This document shows positions 9,793 through 18,188 of a DNA stretch of 64,000 nucleotides, one piece after another. Origin of the DNA: Candidatus Thorarchaeota archaeon. Lineage in GTDB: Archaea; Asgardarchaeota; Thorarchaeia; Thorarchaeales; Thorarchaeaceae. The position numbers and the translations under genes are program-made. The notes under the pieces were generated by a model that saw only the letters and a list, made by a program, of their open reading frames with translations, made no database searches and was not told the DNA's origin. The stretch lies in the NCBI GenBank assembly GCA_029855935.1, contig JAGSHN010000027.1:96001-160000 (forward strand), in the 5' to 3' direction. How positions within the stretch are numbered: position 1 is the first letter of the stretch; every line of letters starts with the position of its first letter.

Positions 9793-10689
9793 TCACGTGA
9801 TCTTGCTCAGCACGACCAGTGCGACAACAACAGCGATCAGTGAGAGTATGCGGCCACCGAAGTCGAGGGCCGTGACCATGCCGCCCCCCGTCACGGTTCC
9901 GTAGGAGAGATACACTGTCAACTGGTATGTGCCTGACCCCGAGTACGCGTAGACCATTATATACCATCGCCCGCTCGGGGGAGTTGGCAGAATAAAGTCA
10001 TCATTCCCCACGTTTGTGGAACTCCAGTCGTTGGTGCCCAGAGTCGGCGCGGAGCCGAGCCGTCCATAGAGGTCGAAGTCCGCTCCCGATGGCCCTCGGA
10101 GTACCACCTCCATTCTCGCGCATCCGCTGTCAACGTCAATGTACCAAACGTCAGACTCCTCCGTCTCAAGATTGCCGGAAACAGTGTTGCCGCTGAATAG
10201 AACGTTGCCCGACACGCTAGTCGTTGTTGTTGAATTGCTGGTTTCATACTCTATCTGGTCGATGCCAAAGCCCCAGTTGGTGACAGAGCCATCAGTCTTA
10301 AGACGAACCCGAATCGATGGCCCGTCGCTCCACAGACTCCACGTGTCAGTGTAGCTGCCCACAAAGTCATTGAGTTGAGTGCCGGCATAGTCGTAGACGT
10401 AGACGTGGTCATAGGTCGACTCGACATCTATGCGGTAGAAGTGGACCCGGATTCTTACTGCACCACTCTTGGTGATGGTCCAGTTCCGATCATAGTTGTT
10501 GTCATACGGATGTGGTGACTCAAGAGAATAGCTCTCTGTCGTGGCCAAGACGGCGGTTCTCACCGACCTCTGCACTGTGTGACTGGTCGGGGGAGCCCAG
10601 ACTGGTACGGTCAGCATGATCAGAACTGCAAAGAAGAATGTCCAGCCAAACATGGCCCTGCTCTGTGCCACAGCCATCGAACCCCGCAT
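9793..10689 (-). CDS. Membrane-anchored CUB+PPC domain protein without a catalytic domain
   Basis: N-terminal hydrophobic signal; CUB about two-thirds identical by hand alignment to the neighbouring caspase CUB; Ser/Thr linker; PPC; C-terminal TM (ILSLIAVVVALVVL). Start is 10689, 10677 or 10653. Confidence 0.8.
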   Translation of the reverse strand: MRGSMAVAQSRAMFGWTFFFAVLIMLTVPVWAPPTSHTVQRSVRTAVLATTESYSLESPHPYDNNYDRNWTITKSGAVRIRVHFYRIDVESTYDHVYVYDYAGTQLNDFVGSYTDTWSLWSDGPSIRVRLKTDGSVTNWGFGIDQIEYETSNSTTTTSVSGNVLFSGNTVSGNLETEESDVWYIDVDSGCARMEVVLRGPSGADFDLYGRLGSAPTLGTNDWSSTNVGNDDFILPTPPSGRWYIMVYAYSGSGTYQLTVYLSYGTVTGGGMVTALDFGGRILSLIAVVVALVVLSKIT

Positions 10690-10799
10690 CGAGTCTGGTG
10701 AGTGACTTCTCGCTTCCACGTATATAGATATTGCATACGTACGGGTCCGACCATGACAAGACAGACCGAGATTGTGTCCCGTAGGGAACAAAGGCCCAA

Positions 10800-13775
10800 T
10801 CACTTCACGGGACTCTTGTCCACCTTGGGAATCCAGATCAAGAACTCTGCACCCTGTGTGTGGTCACCAGGCACTCTGTCACGCACCGTTATCCTGCCGC
10901 CATACTTCTCGACGATCTGGCGAGAATGATGCAGGCCGAGCCCTCCGAAACGACGCGCCCGGTCGAACAGGCTCCTCTTGGCCGAGTCGGGAACGCCCGT
11001 GCCGTTGTCCGCGACACTGATGACATACCAGTCGCCATCCTCGAACACGCGCACCCAGACCTTCTTGACATCGTGCGGGTTGTGCTCCACTGCATTCATC
11101 AGGATGTTGGCAATCAGTAGCTCCAGGTACGAGTCCGCGAGGACGTCCGCCTTGTCGACCTCCCTCTCGACATAGAACTTCACGCTGGCACCACCCTGGG
11201 ACAGGCCCTTGATGCAGTTGTCGACCGCCTCAAGCAGGTCTCGTTTTTCCAGCGGGACACTGTGAAGCTGTTCCGTTGCACGGACCTCCTGAATCAGTCG
11301 GCTGACACGATTGACGGAGTCTGTCATTATCTGCAAGAAAGAGTCACGCGACGCATCATCAGTGGCATTGCGGAGCAGGTTTGCACTGCTGAGGATCACC
11401 TGCAGGTGATTGCGAATGTCATGCGAGATTATGTCAAGGTAGAGGTCTGCCTGATCACGCGCTGAGCGGACGCGCTTCTCTGCCTCCACGCGGTCGGTGA
11501 TGTCGATGAGGACGACCTGCAATGCACGGGCCCCCTCGTAGTCAACGGAACTAATGAAAGCCTCAACCCACCTGACTTTGCCGTCCGCTCCCACAAGCCT
11601 AAACTCAAGGTTACTCGGACCAGGTTCGCCCTGAAATCGCGACCGCAGTATCTCACTGACCGTTTCGCGGTCCTCGTGATAGATGAACTTTGACATCTCT
11701 TCAAGTGGAATAGAACGAAACTCATCAATCGTCACGCCGAGTAGTTCGAGCAGAGGGCGGTTCGCATACAGCAGACCCTCGGTGGACAGAACAGCCAGCC
11801 CCTGAAGACTGTTCTCTGCAAGCGACCTGTATTTCATCTCAGACCTGCGTATCGCCTGATCGCGAGCTCGCCTCTCTGTGATGTCCTGTGCGGTCCCGAG
11901 GACACCTATGATATTGCCCTCAACGTCATGCAGGGGTACCTTGTTGGTCTCAATCCACACCTCCCGTCCGTCTGCTTGGTGTTGTCTCTCAACAAGGCCA
12001 TACACACCCGCCCCGGACTCGATAACACGACGGTCTGTCGCTATGTATGACTCCGCCTCCTCAGGGAGCCAGGCAAGGTCGTGGTCAGTCTTGCCAACAA
12101 TCTCCGACGGATCTTTCACGCCTGCGACTCTTGCGAAGTTTGTGTTGCATCCCAAGTAGACGGAGTTCCGGTCCTTCCAGTAGACGTACAGTGGTATTGT
12201 CTCGAGAATGAGCTGCAACTTCTCTCGTGATTCAACTAGTTCATCCTGTGCCTCCTTCTTCTCCGTGATGTCTACGACGACCACCTGAAGAGCCTCTCTA
12301 CCTCCAAAGTCAATGTAGTTGGAGAATGCCTCCACCCATCGGACCGACCCATCCGGACGAATGAACCTGTACTGATAAGGAACGGGGAAAGGCTTGCCTG
12401 CCCTTCGCCGCTGGGCGATCTCGAGCAGGTACGGCTGGTCATCGGGATGTACCATAGACCATCCCTCCTCGCGGCTCATCGCGAGAATCTCTTCTCTGGA
12501 ACGTCCGACAATATCGCAGAACGCGGGGTTCACATAGACGTAGTGCTGATTCTGAATGATGGAGATTCCCTGTAGTGAGTGTTCGGCCAGTGCCCGGTAC
12601 TTCATCTCCGACTCCTGCAGAGCCGCCTCCATACGCTTCTTTTCCGTGATGTCATCGAACAGGCCCAGTACCTCGACCACGTTGCCGTCTTCGTCGAGCA
12701 CGGGATGCGCCTTCAGCTGACCGAACCCCCTACGACCAAACCTTGTAACATATTCGTGCTCTGTCACGACGGTCTGCTTAGACTCAACACATTTCCTCAG
12801 CGAGTCTGCTATTCCTGATTGAATCGAGTACTCGGATGTCAGGAAATTTATCTCAGCAACGTCCTCGGGCGTTCGAGCACCCAAGATCTCAAGGCCCTTC
12901 TTGTTGATGCTTATGATGTTGCCATCAGGTGTGACCACAACGATGCCAACGGGCATCTCATCAAAGAAGGTGCGGTAGCGTGCCTCCGTCGTCTGCAGCT
13001 CTCGGTGTATTCGTTTCAGGTCACTGATATCCATCACCACAGCAATTACGCCAACGAATTCTTCCTCCTGATCTGTGATGACTCGTGGCATCATTGCAGA
13101 ATGAACCCGCCTCCCGTCTGCCGTCCTGAACATGATCTCAAGCGTGACCTCTGTGCCCTCCGATGGCGGTTCGGCCATGAGCGTCTTGACCTGACCGAGC
13201 TCAGAGGGGTCTACTATCTCTAGCAAGGACTTGCCAAGCAGTTCGTCGGGGGAGTAGCCGAGCATCTCGAACAGACGGGGGTTTCCATACTTGACGCGCC
13301 AGTCAGCATCCAAGAACAACACGGCCTCATGCATGGTCTCAAGAATCGTCCTGAAACGGCGCTCGCTCCGAATCCTCTTCTCCTGCTCCAGTCGCATGCG
13401 AGTGATGTCTGTAATCACTGCGAACGAGCCGACAAATCTGTCGCCATCGAACATCGGCGTGGCGGAGACCACGGTATTGACCTTGTCACCAGTCCAGTGT
13501 ACCCAGTCGAGCGTGTACTGAGACGAGACACCCTCCTCCCTAAGATGCGAGAAACGGCGCACAACCTGAGCATTCTCCTCGTCGAGAAAGTCGAAGACAG
13601 GGCGCCCGATGATCTCACCCAGCGGATAGCCTATCAGCTCAACGAAACTATGGTTGGCGTAGGTAATCACATTCTCAGGGTCAACAACTATGAGGGCATC
13701 ATTCATCGTGTCTACAATCTCTTTGTAGGGGACAGCTGGTCTTTCATTGGCTATAGAATCGGAGTTTCGGGTCAT
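10800..13775 (-). CDS. Cytoplasmic sensor histidine kinase with six PAS domains
   Basis: Six PAS/PAC units ending DITE/DISD-type motifs; H-box SHDIRNHL, N-box NILMNAVEH, DNGTG and GGLGL. No TM or receiver domain. ATG 13775 preferred. Confidence 0.92.
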   Translation of the reverse strand: MTRNSDSIANERPAVPYKEIVDTMNDALIVVDPENVITYANHSFVELIGYPLGEIIGRPVFDFLDEENAQVVRRFSHLREEGVSSQYTLDWVHWTGDKVNTVVSATPMFDGDRFVGSFAVITDITRMRLEQEKRIRSERRFRTILETMHEAVLFLDADWRVKYGNPRLFEMLGYSPDELLGKSLLEIVDPSELGQVKTLMAEPPSEGTEVTLEIMFRTADGRRVHSAMMPRVITDQEEEFVGVIAVVMDISDLKRIHRELQTTEARYRTFFDEMPVGIVVVTPDGNIISINKKGLEILGARTPEDVAEINFLTSEYSIQSGIADSLRKCVESKQTVVTEHEYVTRFGRRGFGQLKAHPVLDEDGNVVEVLGLFDDITEKKRMEAALQESEMKYRALAEHSLQGISIIQNQHYVYVNPAFCDIVGRSREEILAMSREEGWSMVHPDDQPYLLEIAQRRRAGKPFPVPYQYRFIRPDGSVRWVEAFSNYIDFGGREALQVVVVDITEKKEAQDELVESREKLQLILETIPLYVYWKDRNSVYLGCNTNFARVAGVKDPSEIVGKTDHDLAWLPEEAESYIATDRRVIESGAGVYGLVERQHQADGREVWIETNKVPLHDVEGNIIGVLGTAQDITERRARDQAIRRSEMKYRSLAENSLQGLAVLSTEGLLYANRPLLELLGVTIDEFRSIPLEEMSKFIYHEDRETVSEILRSRFQGEPGPSNLEFRLVGADGKVRWVEAFISSVDYEGARALQVVLIDITDRVEAEKRVRSARDQADLYLDIISHDIRNHLQVILSSANLLRNATDDASRDSFLQIMTDSVNRVSRLIQEVRATEQLHSVPLEKRDLLEAVDNCIKGLSQGGASVKFYVEREVDKADVLADSYLELLIANILMNAVEHNPHDVKKVWVRVFEDGDWYVISVADNGTGVPDSAKRSLFDRARRFGGLGLHHSRQIVEKYGGRITVRDRVPGDHTQGAEFLIWIPKVDKSPVK

Positions 13776-13960
13776 AAGAGAGTGGTCCTCCGAGGGAGGG
13801 AGTAACGCAGACAGCTCTGATATAACTGGTAATAATGCCTTTGGTCGCACTTTGATACGGCCACCAGTCTGTTGTGGACTGTGCCGATGACATTGTACGG
13901 CCAATCGTCAGAGAAATAAGTGTCAGTGCGCAGTGTATAGCCCCGGGAGGTAGCCGCGTT

Positions 13961-14878
13961 TTGGAACGAGAAAGGGGCGAAGATGTCCTTCCTGTGATTA
14001 GGGTGTCGGCCCGGATCTACAGGCCCATCGATGAGGTATGGAACCTGTTTCTCGACCCCGTCAAGATGGTACAGTGGCTTGGTAACGAGATCACGGCGGA
14101 GATAAAGAGCGATGGTGTCATCTCCTTCGATGGGCCGAATGCACCCGTCACTCCAGAGATGACGGGACAGTGGAAGATAACAACACTGAGACCTCACAGT
14201 GGCATTCTCTTCACGTGGAGCATACTGGGCACGGACACTCTTGTACTGATGAGATTCCGACGCATACCTCCCGGTACACTCCTTGAGGTCAGGCACGGTG
14301 CCATACCGCCCGCCGCCAAGATCTTGCACCTACCTGAACACTGGACTCTGATGCTGGCCAATTTCAGGTCCATAGTTGAGCTCGGCGAGCCGGCCTTGCG
14401 TTTTGACTATTCGAAGTATCACCCATTGAGAGTCACACGCTACGACCCGACCGAGGTCAGGCTCAGCGTGGTGATCAATGCGCCACCGTCATTGCCCTTT
14501 GACGTCTGGACCAATCCCGAGAAACTGAGGCACTTTCTCGGGGTAGAACGTCCGGTGGTCGACAGAAGATATGGTGGTATCTATACCTGGTGGGCAGAGG
14601 GCAAGGGTCCGGTTGTCTTTACAAAGCTCGAGCAGGACAAGGAACTAGAGTTCACGTGGGTCTACGGCGATGAGCCCGAGACCAAGGTGAACATCAGGTT
14701 TGAACCCGTGGAAGACAAGACGCTCGTCATGCTCCATCATTTTGGATTCAGGCATCCTGAGGATGTTGTCGGATATGACATTGGCTGGGCAGCAATTCTG
14801 GCCGAGCTCAAGCTCACCTGCGAGCTTGGGGAGTCGGGCATAGAGAGGGAGAGCATCTGGGAAGAAGTCCGTTTCTAG
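13961..14878 (+). CDS. Tandem SRPBCC/AHSA1-like domain protein
   Basis: Two repeats (EVWNLFLDP..WLG and DVWTNPEKL), LEFTW..ETKV..F, GWAAILAELK; TTG start after GGAGGT. Confidence 0.8.
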   Translation: MERERGEDVLPVIRVSARIYRPIDEVWNLFLDPVKMVQWLGNEITAEIKSDGVISFDGPNAPVTPEMTGQWKITTLRPHSGILFTWSILGTDTLVLMRFRRIPPGTLLEVRHGAIPPAAKILHLPEHWTLMLANFRSIVELGEPALRFDYSKYHPLRVTRYDPTEVRLSVVINAPPSLPFDVWTNPEKLRHFLGVERPVVDRRYGGIYTWWAEGKGPVVFTKLEQDKELEFTWVYGDEPETKVNIRFEPVEDKTLVMLHHFGFRHPEDVVGYDIGWAAILAELKLTCELGESGIERESIWEEVRF

Positions 14879-14935
14879 ATTTGGAGCCTAGGAGTGGACG
14901 TGGCGAAACAACCCTGCAGACAGAGGAGAGATACG

Positions 14936-15682
14936 TCACAGACCGGGGAGAAATAGCAGCTGCATATCAGGGAATAGCAGGAGCCACATGGAGAACGATG
15001 TGACAAGCGGGATGAGAAAGTTGTCCAGCCATCTAGTGCTCACAAGTTCCGTCACTGTGACTAGGCCGGCGATTGTCAACAGATGCGGAAAGACACTGAC
15101 AATCTGGATGTCGGCAAACAGATAGAGCGAAACAAGGAGGGACAACAGCGAGAAGACGAAGACCCCGACAGAGCCCTCAACGGACTTCCCACGAATCCGC
15201 CTTGACAGAACTCGCGCGCCAAACAATCGTCCAAACACCTCACCTGCTGCATCAGCCCAGGCCACAGCAAGAATGGCAGACACGAAGATTGCGGGCTGTG
15301 CGAGAAAGAGGAGAAATGACACGGCAAAGGAGATCATACCCATCAGCCCCGATACGAAGGTATTGGCACGCGACTCGTTCTCCCTGCTCCCTGCAGCGAG
15401 GAGGTCCGAGATAAGGCTGTGCTTGTGGCCCCACGCATAGATGAGAATGGCAAGAAAGACGCCCGCCGCAAATGTCGGACCACTGAGGTTTGTGTAGACC
15501 ACAACAGTCAATGCGATGGTCGTGCCCATCACTATGTGAACGAGTTTTCTTGCCTTCCAGTGGGCCACACCGTGTGATGCCATCACATACGCTGCGGCCA
15601 AGACCAGACCAGCAAGGAACCCCGTCATCAGGGCCATTGCTATATCAAGCGGTGTGAGCGTCCCGAAGAATAGCTCGACCAT
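14936..15682 (-). CDS. Polyprenol/phytol/dolichol kinase-like (CTP-dependent) membrane protein
   Basis: ARKLVHI, WADAAGEVFG, GKSVEGS and ELVS..LDNFLIP motifs. Confidence 0.82.
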   Translation of the reverse strand: MVELFFGTLTPLDIAMALMTGFLAGLVLAAAYVMASHGVAHWKARKLVHIVMGTTIALTVVVYTNLSGPTFAAGVFLAILIYAWGHKHSLISDLLAAGSRENESRANTFVSGLMGMISFAVSFLLFLAQPAIFVSAILAVAWADAAGEVFGRLFGARVLSRRIRGKSVEGSVGVFVFSLLSLLVSLYLFADIQIVSVFPHLLTIAGLVTVTELVSTRWLDNFLIPLVTSFSMWLLLFPDMQLLFLPGL

Positions 15683-15843
15683 TGTGGGCCGAGCATTGGT
15701 CGTGACGCCCCCTTTTGACGTTTGTCGTGTCCAACCAACGGCAACCTTAAGTGTTCCTTCTCGTGCATGCTCACACTACGCGGGACTGACATAGCAGACA
15801 GTCGGGACCGCAACGTGTGGTCCACCGTCAGGAGTACTGTGTG

Positions 15844-16428
15844 ATGAGAGACCAGAACGATGGCAGCAAGATTCTCAAGGCCGTCCTCATTGGCGATGGT
15901 GCTGTCGGAAAGACCAGTATCAGAAGAAACTATCTTGGCGAGGACTTCATCGAGGGCCACCTGGCCACGATTGGAGTGGACCTGGCCACAAAGCGAGTCT
16001 TGTTTCGGGACGAAATCATCAAGTTCGTCATATGGGATCTGGCGGGACAGCCGACATTCGAGAAAGTCAGAGGACATTACTACCACGGTGCGAACGGTAT
16101 ACTCCTTGTCTATTCTGTGGTCGACCGCACATCCTTCGACAATGCTTCAAAGTGGCTTGTCGAGGCATATCGGAATATGGGCCGACTCCCACCGACAATC
16201 ATCATCGGCAACAAGATTGACCTGCGCGACAAGGTGCCTCCGGAACAGCAGGTCACTCCGGAGGAGGGAAAGCAGTTTGCCGAGTACTTCACACGAAAGC
16301 TTGAGGTCCCGGCAGTCTTCATCGAGACCTCGGCCAAGACTGGCGAGAACATCCAAGAGGCCTTTCACGCCATCCTCTCAATGATGTACGATGCTGTTGA
16401 TGACAAGAGCGACCACTATGTCGGATAG
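15844..16428 (+). CDS. Rab-like small GTPase
   Basis: G1 GDGAVGKTS, TIGVD, WDLAGQ, YYHGA, NKID and ETSAK; no C-terminal Cys. Confidence 0.93.
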   Translation: MRDQNDGSKILKAVLIGDGAVGKTSIRRNYLGEDFIEGHLATIGVDLATKRVLFRDEIIKFVIWDLAGQPTFEKVRGHYYHGANGILLVYSVVDRTSFDNASKWLVEAYRNMGRLPPTIIIGNKIDLRDKVPPEQQVTPEEGKQFAEYFTRKLEVPAVFIETSAKTGENIQEAFHAILSMMYDAVDDKSDHYVG

Positions 16429-16482
16429 TCTCGGGTGTACCTGCCGCCCATCACCCCGAGAGACAGGGAACTCAAGAACACC

Positions 16483-16496
16483 AATCATTTAAGTGG
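16483..16496 (+). promoter_or_regulatory. Putative BRE/TATA promoter AATCATTTAAGTGG for the GTPase2-V4R operon
   Basis: TTTAAG box about 70 nt before ATG 16562; near-identical AATCATTCAAGTGG at 3812-3825 before another operon. Confidence 0.45.
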
Positions 16497-16561
16497 GCCG
16501 GTGAGTTCATTCCCTCAGCGTCCAGGGCGCAACCGCGAGTTCAAGCGGGGTGACACCCTCG

Positions 16562-17095
16562 ATGTCTAAGGGACCAAGTAAGCGAAAGACCTCTCAAGTC
16601 AACAAGATTGTACTTGTTGGTGCGGGAGGCGTCGGCAAGACCAGTATTGCCAAACGACTCGTGACCGGGGAATACCTGGAGACAGGGATGACCGTGGGAC
16701 TGAACGTCGAGTCGTGGATGGTGAAGGACACCGATGAAGACGTTAGCTTCAAAGTCGTTGCCTTCGACCTGGGTGGTCAGAAACAGTTCAGGTTCTTTCA
16801 ACCGGAACTGGTCAGCGGAGCGGACATAGCATTGATCGTCTTCGACCTCAGCCGGTATGAGTCATTTGCAGAGCTGGACGAATGGTTGGATATGGTCAAA
16901 GAAATGCCAGCAGAGTCGAAGCTACTGATAGCCAACAAATGCGACCTCCGACCGGTCGTTCAAGAAGATGAGGCCAATGCATTGGCCAAACAGCTGGGAG
17001 TCCGCTTGATCTACTTGAGTGCGAAGACCGGCCAAGGCTTCGACAAGCTGGAGAGCATGATCTGGAAACAACTCAAGGACAAGACTAAAACGTGA
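16562..17095 (+). CDS. Ras-superfamily (Rab/Roc-like) small GTPase
   Basis: GAGGVGKTS, MTVG, FDLGGQKQF, NKCD and LSAK. Confidence 0.92.
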   Translation: MSKGPSKRKTSQVNKIVLVGAGGVGKTSIAKRLVTGEYLETGMTVGLNVESWMVKDTDEDVSFKVVAFDLGGQKQFRFFQPELVSGADIALIVFDLSRYESFAELDEWLDMVKEMPAESKLLIANKCDLRPVVQEDEANALAKQLGVRLIYLSAKTGQGFDKLESMIWKQLKDKTKT

Positions 17096-17101
17096 GAGGC
17101 G

Positions 17102-17572
17102 GTGTTGCTGGAAACAAGGTCGTGGGCAGCAGTGGTGGAGATAAAGGTCGAATGTCCTGTTTGTTCACAGGTCATTGTTACAGACATCAGAGAGGCGCAG
17201 GTCAAGTACTCTTTGAGGAATCCGGTGCCCATCGTTCTCACTCACGGTGACCCCGAGCATGCCATAACCGCATTTGTGGATAAGGAGTTCCGAGTGCGTG
17301 CTGTGAGCGGTGTCAACATCGTGCAGCGTATTCAGGAGGCGGAGTCCAGAAGGCGTCCACTGGAAAAGAGATTCGTCCCGTTTCCGAAGGAGAATGTTGA
17401 CCTTAAGGGGATAGATTCTTTCCAGTTGAAGATTATGGCTCTGGTCGATGGCAGGAGAAGTGTCAAAGAACTTGCAGAGATTCTGAACGCGCCCGAGATG
17501 CGAGTTAAGATAGTCTGCGAGCAGCTCGTCAGAATGGGCAAGCTCGACTCGGTAAAAGTGGTGGTGGAGTGA
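17102..17572 (+). CDS. Hypothetical protein: CPxC/His putative Zn-binding domain plus winged helix
   Basis: ECPVC..THGDPEH..FVDKEFRVR, then DGRRSVKELAEILN..LVRMG. Real start may be about 17132. Confidence 0.7.
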   Translation: MLLETRSWAAVVEIKVECPVCSQVIVTDIREAQVKYSLRNPVPIVLTHGDPEHAITAFVDKEFRVRAVSGVNIVQRIQEAESRRRPLEKRFVPFPKENVDLKGIDSFQLKIMALVDGRRSVKELAEILNAPEMRVKIVCEQLVRMGKLDSVKVVVE

Positions 17573-17573
17573 C

Positions 17574-18188
17574 ATGGTCAAGAACTGGCTACTCGTACAG
17601 GCATCGAAGATCAAGAAACTGACTGGTGAGAAGGCACTAACACTAACCGTTACAAAGCTGAATGAGCTCCTCGTGGAGCAGTTGACTGAAGCACTGGGGC
17701 CAGATCAGGCATTTGAGCGAATATTCGAGGGAGGACTCCAGTTGGGACATGAGTTCATGATGGAGCTCTCAGCTCATCTTGATCCCGCATTTGAGCGCAT
17801 GCCAGCATACGGAGAGGCCGCGTGGATTCTCTTCGCCGGCAAGGCTCCGACATGGCAGCAGTTCCAGAAGACTGAGATAGGAGGCAAAGAGGCGTACATC
17901 TACCAATGGGCGGATGATGATTGCCCCTTCTGCAGAAATATCCGGTTTCCCCACAAGTTCTGCGCATTCCCGGCCGGTGCGTATCAGGGAGCTGCCCAGA
18001 CGTGGTCAGCACTGACACGGAACGGAGAGCACCATATGCTTGTTCGTGAAACAAAATGCAAGGCCATTGGTGATAATCGGTGCGAGTTTATGCTCGTATC
18101 CGTTCACAGAGATGTCTCGCTGGAGCAACTGCGGGGCGAGATGCCCGAGCTGTTCGAAGACTTTCACTACGGCTTTGTAGACTACTAG
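17574..18188 (+). CDS. V4R (Bet3/TRAPP-fold related) domain protein
   Basis: DCPFC..FCAFPAGAYQG..VRETKCKAIGDNRCEF is the V4R Cys pattern; starts 1 nt after the upstream stop. Confidence 0.82.
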   Translation: MVKNWLLVQASKIKKLTGEKALTLTVTKLNELLVEQLTEALGPDQAFERIFEGGLQLGHEFMMELSAHLDPAFERMPAYGEAAWILFAGKAPTWQQFQKTEIGGKEAYIYQWADDDCPFCRNIRFPHKFCAFPAGAYQGAAQTWSALTRNGEHHMLVRETKCKAIGDNRCEFMLVSVHRDVSLEQLRGEMPELFEDFHYGFVDY

